Shown piece by piece: positions 44,554 through 54,849 of a stretch of DNA of 64,000 nucleotides (its first letter is position 1; each line of letters begins with the position of its first letter). Both the position numbers and the translations under genes were made by a program. The stretch covers positions 1 to 64,000 of the IMG/VR virus record IMGVR_UViG_3300020037_001525, one strand, 5' to 3'. The stretch is from a virus. Taxonomy: Duplodnaviria; Caudoviricetes. The notes under the pieces were generated by a model that did not search any database, was not told the origin of the DNA, and was given only the letters and a program-made list of their open reading frames with translations.

Positions 44554-45659
44554 GTTAATTTCACTGTTTTAGATTTCATTTCTATCAAGTCAGCTTTTAA
44601 TAACTCAATACTTCCTTGCAACTGAACAAACATGGCTATTGTATCTGGAAACATCGGCATTGGAGAACCACCTAATGGACTTACAACTTTAGCTGTTTGT
44701 ATTTGTTGGCAGATATCTGACATCTTGTCTAATACGTTAGTAAGAGTGTCTTTTAGAGGAGTGTACAACACAGCGTCATCCTTATCATCTTTATATTGTT
44801 CATCGAACAATTCTATGTTGTCACCATCTTTTACAATCGCTCTTATTCCCTTGTCTTCTTTATCATCTTCATCATCTTTTATGCGTATTATTGAATTATT
44901 CCTTTCAATGTTTATACCTTCCTTGCTTGTTTGTACTTTATTTACAAATTTATCAAGAAAATCAAGTCCATCATCGTTTATATGCAAGGTATTATTGTAT
45001 TCATCTTCAAACTTGAACCCATGTTCGCCATTCATCTCTATCAAATTACCTCTGTTGTCGATGCTTTGGTCTCCAACCCATAGTTTTATTGAACTCTTGG
45101 CTTTAATCTGAACAGCATTTTCAGCATCGATATCAACTGTTCCCTGTATATACACTTTCAACATGCCTAATACATCAGAATTGAGTGCATTTATGAATAC
45201 ACCACCTTCTTCTCCCAGAGAATCAGACATAATCTTAACAGAACCATTCTCTCCATCAATCAAGACTGATGCTGATGACTGGGCAGTGCGCTTTTCTGAT
45301 AGGGACTGATTGTCTTTGAAGTTATTGTAATCATCTTTCTTGTTGAGAACACCAATTATGACACGTTTATTCAGTATAGGTATGTTTATCCACACTAAAC
45401 AACTGCCTCTTTCCTTAAAAGATGAAGGAAATTGTATTTCCTGCCATGCTGATTTTGTTACTAAGCAATTTCTTATCAGCTCACTCTTGTCAGTAATAAT
45501 TGTGATTGTGTTGTTTCTATAACAATTCTCTATGTATGTTTTTCTATCATATTCCCTTGACAGCACTACATACCCAACACCAGAGGAAAATGAGCCAGAA
45601 TTGTAGGTCATTGGGTTGACTCCACTCGCACTTTGTTCTATGTTAGCTGTGTTACTCAT
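44550..45659 (-). CDS. baseplate spike (gpV/gp5-like)
   Basis: N-terminal OB-like segment with RGSCLVW...VIIGVL, beta-repeat middle, tip motif VVSPLGGSP. Confidence 0.6.
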   Translation of the reverse strand: MSNTANIEQSASGVNPMTYNSGSFSSGVGYVVLSREYDRKTYIENCYRNNTITIITDKSELIRNCLVTKSAWQEIQFPSSFKERGSCLVWINIPILNKRVIIGVLNKKDDYNNFKDNQSLSEKRTAQSSASVLIDGENGSVKIMSDSLGEEGGVFINALNSDVLGMLKVYIQGTVDIDAENAVQIKAKSSIKLWVGDQSIDNRGNLIEMNGEHGFKFEDEYNNTLHINDDGLDFLDKFVNKVQTSKEGINIERNNSIIRIKDDEDDKEDKGIRAIVKDGDNIELFDEQYKDDKDDAVLYTPLKDTLTNVLDKMSDICQQIQTAKVVSPLGGSPMPMFPDTIAMFVQLQGSIELLKADLIEMKSKTVKLT

Positions 45660-48600
45660 TATTCTGGAACTGTTTTCTTTGTAATAAAAAATCGAAATTC
45701 ATTCTGTTGACTGTCCACGTGTCAGAATCCCACTTAGTTGAATTCTTGCTCTTTCTCAATAAATTCACTACATTGAAATACTTGTCTATGTGTTTTTCAA
45801 CCATGCCACGACTAACATGCAATGTTGTCACTTGGTCTGCTGAAGAGGTGAAGTTCTTTGAATTCGAAACACCATCTATGTGATAAATTTCACCTGTTGG
45901 CATATAGCGTATATTCATGCCTACCTTAATTCTCCTGTCAGGTTTTATGTTTATCGAACCCTGTCTAACGAATGGTAGGTATGCATTTGTTTCTATTAGC
46001 CAATCCAAATCTTGTCTTCCTTGTTCTTGTATGTTTTCTAAATTACTTTTTGATTGGTCTGATTCAACATGGTCAAAATCCAAGTACTGTGTTGTTACAT
46101 CTAATATCTTACTTCCCCAAATTTCCATATATTCTGGCAGCATTACTGCTGGGAGAATTATCAACGAACCACCACCTGTTGCGTCTATTATTGAGCCTGC
46201 AGGATTCAGTTTATACCATGTATAGAATTCATTCGTAAATGATAGGTTATCAGAGATAACATCATGAGCAAATACATTTATGCAGTAGTTTGTTTTGAAC
46301 GATTGTTCTGAATATGGTGGTTTTCTACATATAAAATAGAATTTATCACCATACGTATCCATGAAGAATTCAATGAAAGGTGGTTGACAAATCTTTCTTA
46401 TCAGGTTTAACAAGCTTCCCATTGCTGTTGTGAAGCTACTGTCAGCTATCTTGCGTTCACTTATTTCTGGGTCAACTGCGAGCCTCATTATCTGCCATAT
46501 TCCGTTCGCTTGAACACTCTTATAATCAAATCCATTCTCTGTTTGTTCCCTTGTTATTATGAACGCTTTTTCCTTGTAAGAATTGAATAGACTATCTGGG
46601 CAGATGTCAATATTGGAAAGTTGACTGAATATGAACGTCAACCACTCCATTATGGTTTGTGTCTTGTCAAAGTTGAATGTTATATCCCCTGCGAATCCCT
46701 GTATATTCTTCCTGATATTGCTCTCATACTCATTTTTATTAGTGTTTGAACTTGGTATTATCAAGCGATTGCCACACTTATTCTTTGTGCTGTTCTTGAT
46801 TATTTGTTCTCTGTCATCCGTTGCATATTCTACATCGAAGAAATAGACACCATCGTCTAACAATGTCTTGCTCAAGTCCTTGCCAGATATGTTAACATTG
46901 TATTCGTTGTTGGCTGAATTGTATGTTGTTGAAACATCATCAACCAACCCTATTAAATCAAATACTCCACCACCGAGTACGTCACTTGTCATAGATAAAT
47001 CTTGACTCATACGTTCATTGTCAATCTGTAGTTTCTCTAATTTGATGAATATCAGGTCATTGTTCTGTAAATACGTGTTAAAGAACGACTCATTCCTCTT
47101 ATAGAATCTGTATTCTTCGTTTTGAAACTCATTGTTATCATCATTGAAATTAACAAAAGTTCTTGATAAGTCAAACAGTTCTTCTCTCAATATAGATTCC
47201 TTATGTACAAAGTTATCTATATTGTATTGACTCCTCGTGCTGTACTCCATAACTCTAAGGTCATCATGATTGAGTTTGGTTGTATCTATACCATCCTTAT
47301 ATACAATATGCGGCAAACCTATGTTGAAGTTCCCACCATTCTTATTGACATTTATGTTTATTGTACTTATATACTTGCTGATGTCAACCACATAAGCACC
47401 TGTTTTGTCGAGTGCTTTACACCATATGAATACCTGTACTTGTTCTTCTCTTTTGTACAAATTCCCTTCTCTGCTGAATCCAGCATCCTTGTGAGATATC
47501 TTTTTGTAGTTAGGATTATTGAGAAGTGCTCTTATGTTCTTTTCAATGAAAGTATTATAAGCAACATTCTCAGCAATAGTTTGGTTGATAGAATAGATTG
47601 ACCTGTTTTTTATTGCTGAAAACGGCACTGCAATCTGCGCTCCGAACCCTATGAAGTTCTTTGTCGGTTTATTATTGTAAAGTTTCATTTTCTCATCATT
47701 GTATGATGAGAGTATTGAATTCTTGTTATCATACTTCTCATAATTGAACACTTGCTCGTCTGTGAGGTTGATGTGATAGAAGTCAATGAATTCTTGCAAA
47801 CTTGTTATTTTGCTGCTTATGTTAGTTATTACAGTATATTCTGGTTGTGCCTGCTTGTTTGTTTCCTTTTCATCTTTTTGAGTAGTTCTGTTTTCAGAAA
47901 CTAATGTATTTGAGTTGATTTGTTCTTGTAATAGATTCTGAACAATTATGAATCCATATATACTTGATATCCTTCTCCTTCTTCTGTACACCCCTTGGCC
48001 ATCTCTGCCACCCTCTGAATCAGTGTTACCTTCTATTGTGTTGACATATCCATCTTCTACACTCTCCACTATACCTGTGTGTCCCTTACCCTTTGTGAAC
48101 TTCATTATGAATATAGAACCCTTAACAATCAAGTGTGTTTCTTTGTTATCTGCCTTCACTGCGTTCTTTACAAGATTCCACTGCGACAGACACCCACCTG
48201 TAACTTGTAGTGGATTCTGTATCTTCATTCTCTTACATGTCTCATCATATACCCAAAATACAAACGCCATACACCAATAATTTCCTGGACGTAAACCAAC
48301 ACTTCTCAAATATGTATCAACCTCTTTACCAGAATTTGAGCCAAGTGGTTTCTCCTGCACTCCTATCTGACTTTTAGCTATCTCAACTATCGTATTACTG
48401 ATGAGGTTGCTGTCAGTCTTTGGCAATGCAATGTTCGTACTTGGTGCATTGCTATTTATAGAGCCTGAAGTGTAGAATTGGTATTCACGCTTTCTCCTTT
48501 CGTTTAATACAGGGTCATATTGAGAAACACCATCCTTCTTGGATTTGTTGTGCTTCATGAAAGCAGCCTTAATCTTCGTGTTATCCTTTGCTTCAATCGC

Positions 48601-48915
48601 TATCCTCATGTCTTTTGTTATGCTTCCAACATTGTAAGCAAAACTACATAATGCATCGAATTGGTTCTGTGTTAGTGTTGTGTTTATCAACTTGAACCAA
48701 TTATATACATTCTTTATGATATGAGAAGTAAGATATTTGCTTGCCTCTTGTGAATTTTCTTTGAAATCAACCTTATCACCGAACTGTACAGGTCTTCCAT
48801 CTGTATGGTAGTGATTCCCATAACATATAGCATAGCCATTCTTATCCCAATAAGCCTTGTTTCGGAAACCTTCCTCACGCTTCAGAAATTTTATGCCGTT
48901 TGCACTAATGACCAT
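45652..48915 (-). CDS. baseplate hub with N-terminal GH24 lysozyme and CHAP domains (tail-associated lysin)
   Basis: ISANGIKFLKREEGF...AY.D..G..ICYG; NQFDALCSFAYNVG; SQIGVQE...WCMAFV...GHTGIV...TIEGN; C-terminal hub (ISGKDLSK.LLDD; G.I.IKPDRRIKVG). Confidence 0.85.
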   Translation of the reverse strand: MVISANGIKFLKREEGFRNKAYWDKNGYAICYGNHYHTDGRPVQFGDKVDFKENSQEASKYLTSHIIKNVYNWFKLINTTLTQNQFDALCSFAYNVGSITKDMRIAIEAKDNTKIKAAFMKHNKSKKDGVSQYDPVLNERRKREYQFYTSGSINSNAPSTNIALPKTDSNLISNTIVEIAKSQIGVQEKPLGSNSGKEVDTYLRSVGLRPGNYWCMAFVFWVYDETCKRMKIQNPLQVTGGCLSQWNLVKNAVKADNKETHLIVKGSIFIMKFTKGKGHTGIVESVEDGYVNTIEGNTDSEGGRDGQGVYRRRRRISSIYGFIIVQNLLQEQINSNTLVSENRTTQKDEKETNKQAQPEYTVITNISSKITSLQEFIDFYHINLTDEQVFNYEKYDNKNSILSSYNDEKMKLYNNKPTKNFIGFGAQIAVPFSAIKNRSIYSINQTIAENVAYNTFIEKNIRALLNNPNYKKISHKDAGFSREGNLYKREEQVQVFIWCKALDKTGAYVVDISKYISTININVNKNGGNFNIGLPHIVYKDGIDTTKLNHDDLRVMEYSTRSQYNIDNFVHKESILREELFDLSRTFVNFNDDNNEFQNEEYRFYKRNESFFNTYLQNNDLIFIKLEKLQIDNERMSQDLSMTSDVLGGGVFDLIGLVDDVSTTYNSANNEYNVNISGKDLSKTLLDDGVYFFDVEYATDDREQIIKNSTKNKCGNRLIIPSSNTNKNEYESNIRKNIQGFAGDITFNFDKTQTIMEWLTFIFSQLSNIDICPDSLFNSYKEKAFIITREQTENGFDYKSVQANGIWQIMRLAVDPEISERKIADSSFTTAMGSLLNLIRKICQPPFIEFFMDTYGDKFYFICRKPPYSEQSFKTNYCINVFAHDVISDNLSFTNEFYTWYKLNPAGSIIDATGGGSLIILPAVMLPEYMEIWGSKILDVTTQYLDFDHVESDQSKSNLENIQEQGRQDLDWLIETNAYLPFVRQGSINIKPDRRIKVGMNIRYMPTGEIYHIDGVSNSKNFTSSADQVTTLHVSRGMVEKHIDKYFNVVNLLRKSKNSTKWDSDTWTVNRMNFDFLLQRKQFQNNE

Positions 48916-50563
48916 TTAAATTCGCTGGTTTTGTTGTGTTATTGAATCTATTTCCCATATTCTTATTTAATTGCCAATCTGTAGAACGACCTGTTTGTTG
49001 ACTTCCAGACACTCCCTTTAATGCACTGTCTAAGGCTGTCATTACATTACCCCAGAATGAACGCCATGCAGCCATAGCATTATCGACTATTTTATCCTGT
49101 TCTAATACAAAACTATCACTTCTGTCTCTTATTTTTTCATAAACATTATCATCCTTCGTCATCTTGCCTGTACCTTCAGTTGCTCCTAAAAATTTCTCAA
49201 GATTTCCATCAGAATCAAGCCTATTAGCATCCTGTTGTTTCATGCCTAATTGCTTTAACACCATTCTTCTCATTTCACCTTGTGGCATTCTCATGATGTC
49301 TGGCAATATAGCCTTCATATTTTCTGCTGAAGCACCATCTTCTTGTTTTGCAAGAATATCTGTATACGATGCATTTGGGTTTGCTCTCTTTAACATTTCG
49401 AATATGTAAGCCTTCATCCCACCATTTTGTGGACTTTGTATTCCTGCATTCATACCCTGCATAACACTGCCTAATCTATCATCTGCGAACCTTCCACCTA
49501 TACCCTGACCACTCAATAATAGATTTGCAGCATACCCTTCATCAACTTTCTCTGATGAATTTTTCTGCATCCCCATGATACCACTTACTGTTTGTAGAGC
49601 CTGTGGTATCCTTGCAAAATCTCCTTTGTTTACACCTAACAACCCTTTAGATTCGCTCCTTTTCAATATTTCAGCTATAATCACTGTTGGGTCTGAGCCA
49701 CCCTGAAAAGCGAATCTGTCAAACTGCTGTGTATCACCATCACTAACACCAAAAGCATTCTTTAAATATGCTCTTCGTATTGTTTCTTCACCTATGTTGT
49801 TTCCACTTCCACGACTTTGTGCTGTTTGTAGAGCAAATGCAGCATAATCATTAGAATCCATACCAGAAGAAGCATCATAACTTCCTCTATAAGCCTGTGA
49901 GAACACCGCATTATTCTTGTTATCTCTTCTTACTTGTTCCCAACCATCCACCATTCCTTTGCCGATGATTGCAGCAATGGCTAATGCTGTACTCGCTGCT
50001 GCTATAACACCACCTGCTACCCCACCTGCGCCTGTTGCAGAACCACCTACCAAACCACCTCTTGTCGCATTAATAACACTGCTTGCATTACCACCTCTCG
50101 CTAATGTTTGAAATCCTCTTTGTAAAGCAGTAGTTACGTTGTTGCCACCTGCATTCCCACCAACTCCTGGAACATTGTTAGAACGTGCATTCTGTACTTG
50201 TTTTCTTGCAATTTGAGAAGTCATGGTTTTAGAGAAATTCTCTAATGCTGTTGAAGCCTTATCGAATTTGTCTGTTGAAGCCTTGCGTAAACTTTCTATT
50301 TTGTTCTTGTAGGCATCATTACCTCTTTCAGCCATTGTGTCAAATGTAGAATTTGACTTGGCTCTTGCTGATTGAAGAGTGCTTTTTAATGTATTGATTT
50401 TATCGTTGACATTTGAAAACTGACTGTCTACACCTGATAGTGCGTCCCCTAAATTAATATTAGTGAAAGCATCCTTCAGGTTTTGTTTAGTTCTCTGTAT
50501 CTCTTTATTCAAATCAGAGGCATCACCTGAGATGGATATCCTAATCAGTTTTTCATCTTCCAT
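48905..50563 (-). CDS. tape measure protein-like (552 aa)
   Basis: Helical and Gly/Ala-rich with a central hydrophobic segment; canonical position after the chaperones. Confidence 0.65.
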   Translation of the reverse strand: MEDEKLIRISISGDASDLNKEIQRTKQNLKDAFTNINLGDALSGVDSQFSNVNDKINTLKSTLQSARAKSNSTFDTMAERGNDAYKNKIESLRKASTDKFDKASTALENFSKTMTSQIARKQVQNARSNNVPGVGGNAGGNNVTTALQRGFQTLARGGNASSVINATRGGLVGGSATGAGGVAGGVIAAASTALAIAAIIGKGMVDGWEQVRRDNKNNAVFSQAYRGSYDASSGMDSNDYAAFALQTAQSRGSGNNIGEETIRRAYLKNAFGVSDGDTQQFDRFAFQGGSDPTVIIAEILKRSESKGLLGVNKGDFARIPQALQTVSGIMGMQKNSSEKVDEGYAANLLLSGQGIGGRFADDRLGSVMQGMNAGIQSPQNGGMKAYIFEMLKRANPNASYTDILAKQEDGASAENMKAILPDIMRMPQGEMRRMVLKQLGMKQQDANRLDSDGNLEKFLGATEGTGKMTKDDNVYEKIRDRSDSFVLEQDKIVDNAMAAWRSFWGNVMTALDSALKGVSGSQQTGRSTDWQLNKNMGNRFNNTTKPANLNGH

Positions 50564-50566
50564 TTG

Positions 50567-50866
50567 TTAAAATTTTGTTATATCAATGCTATCAAATTCT
50601 TTGTCAACCTCTTTCTTGGACAATTTAATGACTTTATCTTTCTTGTTATCGCCAACAACAAAACTGTCTAATAACATATCATCCGTATCTTTTTTCTCTT
50701 CTATCTTGCTCTTTATATACTCCTCTTCAATTATATCAAAACACATATCAACATGAGAAGCATTCAAGTGTTCGGTCGAACCGAATGGTATCTTATACTT
50801 TTTTCTCCATAGATAATCATATGGATACTGGTTATTCCACTTTATTACTTTCTGCAGTATTGTCAT
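50567..50866 (-). CDS. tail assembly chaperone, downstream part
   Basis: WNNQYP.DY.WRKKY...FGS..H; position before the tape measure; ATG at 50866 inside the upstream gene. Confidence 0.55.
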   Translation of the reverse strand: MTILQKVIKWNNQYPYDYLWRKKYKIPFGSTEHLNASHVDMCFDIIEEEYIKSKIEEKKDTDDMLLDSFVVGDNKKDKVIKLSKKEVDKEFDSIDITKF

Positions 50867-51224
50867 CGGTCTTGTTTTCTTTGGTTCCCAATATTGCTTC
50901 AATTATGCTGTTGTCAATTTCTGTAAGCCAATTCACTATCTCATTTCTATATGCTATCACAAACGTCATCTCTAACACAGGTGTGAGATTAGCAAAATTT
51001 TCAATCTTCAAGCCTAAAGCAGGACATAGAACACTTAGATATGCATAAGCATCAATGATATCAAGCATTGCACTCGATTTTAGTGTTCCACTTTGTACAA
51101 GTTGCCCATATAAGTCCTTTGACAATATTATCTTTCTTGATTCGATTTCAAGTTTCTGTCCTACTGTTGGATATGATATCTGATGTTCTTCAGAACCAAT
51201 TTTGATTATCTTTGTTGTATTCAT
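50832..51224 (-). CDS. tail assembly chaperone
   Basis: YPTVGQ.LEIES.K; position between tube and tape measure. Confidence 0.6.
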   Translation of the reverse strand: MNTTKIIKIGSEEHQISYPTVGQKLEIESRKIILSKDLYGQLVQSGTLKSSAMLDIIDAYAYLSVLCPALGLKIENFANLTPVLEMTFVIAYRNEIVNWLTEIDNSIIEAILGTKENKTDDNTAESNKVE

Positions 51225-51245
51225 TTTGTTTGTTTTTTATTTTTT

Positions 51246-51288
51246 AAAAGAAAAATGCACAATAAAGCATGGAAGCTCATATTGTGCA
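51246..51288 (-). terminator. rho-independent terminator
   Basis: TGCACAATA...TATTGTGCA stem followed by TTTTTCTTTT on the minus strand. Confidence 0.7.
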
Positions 51289-51314
51289 CAATTCAAATAA
51301 TTAAACCTTGATTA

Positions 51315-51323
51315 TAATAACTG
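51315..51323 (-). promoter_or_regulatory. CAGNTATWA motif
   Basis: CAGTTATTA 6 nt after the membrane-protein stop and upstream of the terminator. Confidence 0.35.
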
Positions 51324-51329
51324 TGTTGG

Positions 51330-51608
51330 TTATTCCTTAGCTTCCAATCCAAAAGCCTTAGTGATGATTCGCATAGCACCAGTAACAAACACTATAATCT
51401 TATTCACAAGTGCTTCAGTGCCATCTGGTATCTCATCTGCAAACGTGGCTAATGCTAATGCTAAGATGGTGGCTAATGCTAACCAAATGTTAAATATTTG
51501 AGAAGCTATCTTTGGAGATGGAGCATGGAAATTCAAAACAACTTTCGTGTCCTTCAAATCAACTGCTTTGTTGCCTATTATAACCTTATCCATTTTTTGT
51601 TCGTTCAT
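51330..51608 (-). CDS. two-TM membrane protein, putative holin
   Basis: APSPK followed by two hydrophobic helices (IWLALATILALALATF; IIVFVTGAMRII). Confidence 0.45.
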   Translation of the reverse strand: MNEQKMDKVIIGNKAVDLKDTKVVLNFHAPSPKIASQIFNIWLALATILALALATFADEIPDGTEALVNKIIVFVTGAMRIITKAFGLEAKE

Positions 51609-51629
51609 GTTTTCTTGTTTAATTTGTTA

Positions 51630-52106
51630 TTAAATAGGGAATAGTATTGGTGTTGAGTAATCAAAGTCAACATCTCTTCCAGATATTTGTGACTCTGATA
51701 TGTCAAATGATTCTCTTGTTATGAAGCAACCTTTGATACTTGCAAATATTTCTAATTTTGGTACAATAACACCACTCGGCAAAACTGTGTCCTCAACTTT
51801 CCTCAGAATATCGATTTGAACTCCATTATTGCTAAGAAGAAGTGTGTCTTCCCATTCTTGGACAGTGTTCATTCTCCTTAGTAAAGCACCAGGAATCACT
51901 TCCTTGCTTAAATCTATGGCAAATGCACCACAATTTAATGTACCTGTCCAGTCCAATGGGGCATATTCCGATGCAACTAAAGCACCAATACCAACCACCT
52001 TTTGTAGTCTTATATTCTCGGTGCAACGTATTGATTTCATCTTCCCAATAGCAACTCCATTTACTTTTATGATTGCCAAGGGTGCTGTCATTACTCTATC
52101 TGCCAT
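51630..52106 (-). CDS. tail tube protein
   Basis: 158 aa directly after the sheath; GKMKSIR..E......V.GIG; GCF......I..SQISG....F.Y..P. Confidence 0.8.
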   Translation of the reverse strand: MADRVMTAPLAIIKVNGVAIGKMKSIRCTENIRLQKVVGIGALVASEYAPLDWTGTLNCGAFAIDLSKEVIPGALLRRMNTVQEWEDTLLLSNNGVQIDILRKVEDTVLPSGVIVPKLEIFASIKGCFITRESFDISESQISGRDVDFDYSTPILFPI

Positions 52107-52131
52107 GATTTGTTAGTTTTATGTTTGTTTT

Positions 52132-53817
52132 TTAAATACTTATGTTAGGGTCAATCACATAACCAGTGAAGAACAATCTGTTTATTGGTGAATTAGGTAC
52201 AAAGCAATATGAAATGTGCCAATCTGCTCCTTGTAATTCAACTTTCACGTTCTCATATCTGATTATGAGATTGTCAGCTAATGGTTGAGCAATTCGAGAT
52301 AGCAAGTATCCTTCAGTAAATGCTTTGATTTCAGCAGCAGATGCTGTGTTCAAGTTTCCTCCAACATATCTTGGTGTGGCATTTATAATCAATTCCTTAT
52401 TCAACTGATGTTTGATTCTCTTAATGGAGATTTCTGGTGTCGCTCCACTTGGATATACCAATGCACTGTTTGGATTCAATGTTGTAACTGCTTGATTACA
52501 AACATAACCCATATTCGATACATATCTCACATGGAATAATCCTACAAGCAAAGCTTGTTCTCTTTGTGATTTCTTCAATTCGTGTTTAACTCCAATAATT
52601 CTTACATCTTTATAAGTAGGAGATGTCTGAGGCTCAAGACCTGCTGTACGACCACACCATAAAGCAGCATGATATAAGCTATCTACAAATTTATATGGCA
52701 ATGCTGTATTGAAACTTGAAGGCACTTTTACTTGGCTATGTACAACAGCTACTGAATCATTATTGAAATATGCGCAAAGTTGTAAAGAACCATCTACACC
52801 ACCACCAGGAATATCATATTGTGCAGAATTTTGTCCTCCACCAATCCATAACAATTTATCTGTATAGGTTGATGTGTTATTAACATAAGCTAATAATTTG
52901 TCATTGAATGTCGATAGTGCACCTTTGTTTGCTCCTGCCAATATCTCTCCACCTGTCAATGCAGGTGAAGGTGTTATGCCATAATCCAAAGAAAGAATCA
53001 TACTATGGTCTAAATCCTCTATGCTTGATAGAACTGAGTCCATAGCTGTTGTGCTATAAGCTTCTGTACCTGATGCAAATAATTGGTGCGCAGAAAAGTT
53101 TGTCACATCAGCTGTAACAAGAGATATTGCTGATGCTGTGCTTGCAGATAAAGTGAAGTATGAATTGAATATCTCATCAGCTGCCATCCAAGCTATAATC
53201 TGATTAACATTAAGGATTTCTGGTGTTTGTGTCAATAGACGTTCTTTCACTAAAGTTTCTGCCATTTCATATTCTGTACCTGCACTGTCTGCACCTCTGT
53301 ATTGCCCTTCATAGAATTGCAATATGAATTTAGCAGAATCGATTGTACCTGCTTTTAATTTCATGGAATACCCTCTTGTTAAGACTGTTCCACCTGTTAA
53401 TACCCCATTGCCTCTTATTCCTTCGTTCTTAGCTTTAACAGTGATTGCACCATTTGAGAATGTTATCAATTTTAAAGCAGCAACTGTAGTCGCAGCACGA
53501 GCATATTGCAATTTGTTTATCCCTCTGCCGTTTCTTGAAGGATTCCATAGATAGTCCATCAAATCCCATAACAATCCGCCACCAAATGCTTTCTTACAAT
53601 CTTCTACAGAAGAGAATTCGTACACTGCTTGTGCATTTTGTGCAAGTTCACCTGTTATACCAGAGCCAAATCCATAGTTCTTGCCGAGACCAGTATCAAT
53701 CAATAACACTGTTCCAAAAGCACCTGTTACTGGTGGAATTGCTCCTAAACCTCTGATAGTTGAGTAACTTCCTGGTTCAACTATTTGTCTATTGTTAAAA
53801 TTTACAATTAAAGGCAT
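52132..53817 (-). CDS. contractile tail sheath protein
   Basis: N-terminal ..EPGSYS; C-terminal GRTAGL.PQ..PT.K.V; NQAV.T; EIS..RI....NKEL; P..PINR....G. Confidence 0.88.
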   Translation of the reverse strand: MPLIVNFNNRQIVEPGSYSTIRGLGAIPPVTGAFGTVLLIDTGLGKNYGFGSGITGELAQNAQAVYEFSSVEDCKKAFGGGLLWDLMDYLWNPSRNGRGINKLQYARAATTVAALKLITFSNGAITVKAKNEGIRGNGVLTGGTVLTRGYSMKLKAGTIDSAKFILQFYEGQYRGADSAGTEYEMAETLVKERLLTQTPEILNVNQIIAWMAADEIFNSYFTLSASTASAISLVTADVTNFSAHQLFASGTEAYSTTAMDSVLSSIEDLDHSMILSLDYGITPSPALTGGEILAGANKGALSTFNDKLLAYVNNTSTYTDKLLWIGGGQNSAQYDIPGGGVDGSLQLCAYFNNDSVAVVHSQVKVPSSFNTALPYKFVDSLYHAALWCGRTAGLEPQTSPTYKDVRIIGVKHELKKSQREQALLVGLFHVRYVSNMGYVCNQAVTTLNPNSALVYPSGATPEISIKRIKHQLNKELIINATPRYVGGNLNTASAAEIKAFTEGYLLSRIAQPLADNLIIRYENVKVELQGADWHISYCFVPNSPINRLFFTGYVIDPNISI

Positions 53818-53849
53818 AATTTATTGTTTTTCTTTGTTTATTGTTATTG

Positions 53850-54083
53850 TTACTTGTTCTTTGGAGTGTTTACCTTGACTTCTTTAACATCCTCTTTAGC
53901 ATCATCACCATTTGAGATGTTCTTCATCTCTCCTAAATCAAAGTCATTCTTTAGGAATGTGTACCACTCTGGGTATGTCTTCTCCATGTTAGCGTATTTC
54001 TTGTAAATGACGCTTAGATTAATCTCATTGATACCTCCATGGATATCACAAAATCTAACATTGTTTATTTTTCCTAAGCTCAT
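53850..54083 (-). CDS. small virion-associated hypothetical protein
   Basis: ATG ORF upstream of the sheath, preceded by CAGTTATAA. Confidence 0.55.
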   Translation of the reverse strand: MSLGKINNVRFCDIHGGINEINLSVIYKKYANMEKTYPEWYTFLKNDFDLGEMKNISNGDDAKEDVKEVKVNTPKNK

Positions 54084-54098
54084 ATTGTATTTTGATTT

Positions 54099-54107
54099 TT
54101 ATAACTG
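54099..54107 (-). promoter_or_regulatory. CAGNTATWA motif (candidate late promoter for the sheath/tube operon)
   Basis: CAGTTATAA 15 nt upstream of the ATG at 54083. Confidence 0.5.
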
Positions 54108-54110
54108 AAA

Positions 54111-54842
54111 CTAAGCCAAAGGTTTTGTTGCTATTGGTTTGGCATGATATTCTGCAACATCAATACTAAAATCATCACATATCTTAAACACCATTGCATC
54201 CATCTTTGAATATAGACTTCTGAATTCATAGGTATTTCCGTAATCAAATTGAATTGACAGATTCCTGTGGTAGATGTGCGGTGGTGTTAATTCTTGTTGC
54301 ATCGTAACATCCTGACCAGATACTGTAGCATTTAACATACCATGCAATCCAAGTGTATCACCGAATATGGTCAACATGGCTTTCAACCAGTAATATATTA
54401 TCAGAACCTCATGACTGTTGTCTGATGTAATCATTAGGTGATATACAGAATTTGATGAATTGCTTTTCTTTTGGAAGATTCCATCTCCGTTACAAGTATT
54501 TCTTAAATATGTGTCTGTTTCATCAACTGATATTGCGTCGAATTTGCCCTTGTTTTCTGTTGGCAGAAGTATGTGAATGCATGGTGATGATGCCTGTTCA
54601 AGATTGTACCCAACGAAATGTTTGAGTGTCCTTGAATTAGTGTTGTCTCTTAATAGAATTGATTTAGCCTGTTTCAAGAAATTGTATCTATCAAATTCTA
54701 TTGTGTTGTTGTTATCATCTTTATCAAACATCATACCAATCAGTGTACACTCTTCTTGTGTTCCATATGCGGCATAATCTTCTTGTATGATTCTTAAGAA
54801 ATTACCTATAAGATTGTATATTAAGACTTCTGGTATCAGCAT
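54111..54842 (-). CDS. tail terminator / head-tail completion protein
   Basis: PCIHILLP.E; Y.LMITSDN..EV..IYY.LKA; position upstream of the sheath. Confidence 0.55.
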   Translation of the reverse strand: MLIPEVLIYNLIGNFLRIIQEDYAAYGTQEECTLIGMMFDKDDNNNTIEFDRYNFLKQAKSILLRDNTNSRTLKHFVGYNLEQASSPCIHILLPTENKGKFDAISVDETDTYLRNTCNGDGIFQKKSNSSNSVYHLMITSDNSHEVLIIYYWLKAMLTIFGDTLGLHGMLNATVSGQDVTMQQELTPPHIYHRNLSIQFDYGNTYEFRSLYSKMDAMVFKICDDFSIDVAEYHAKPIATKPLA

Positions 54843-54849
54843 GATTGTA

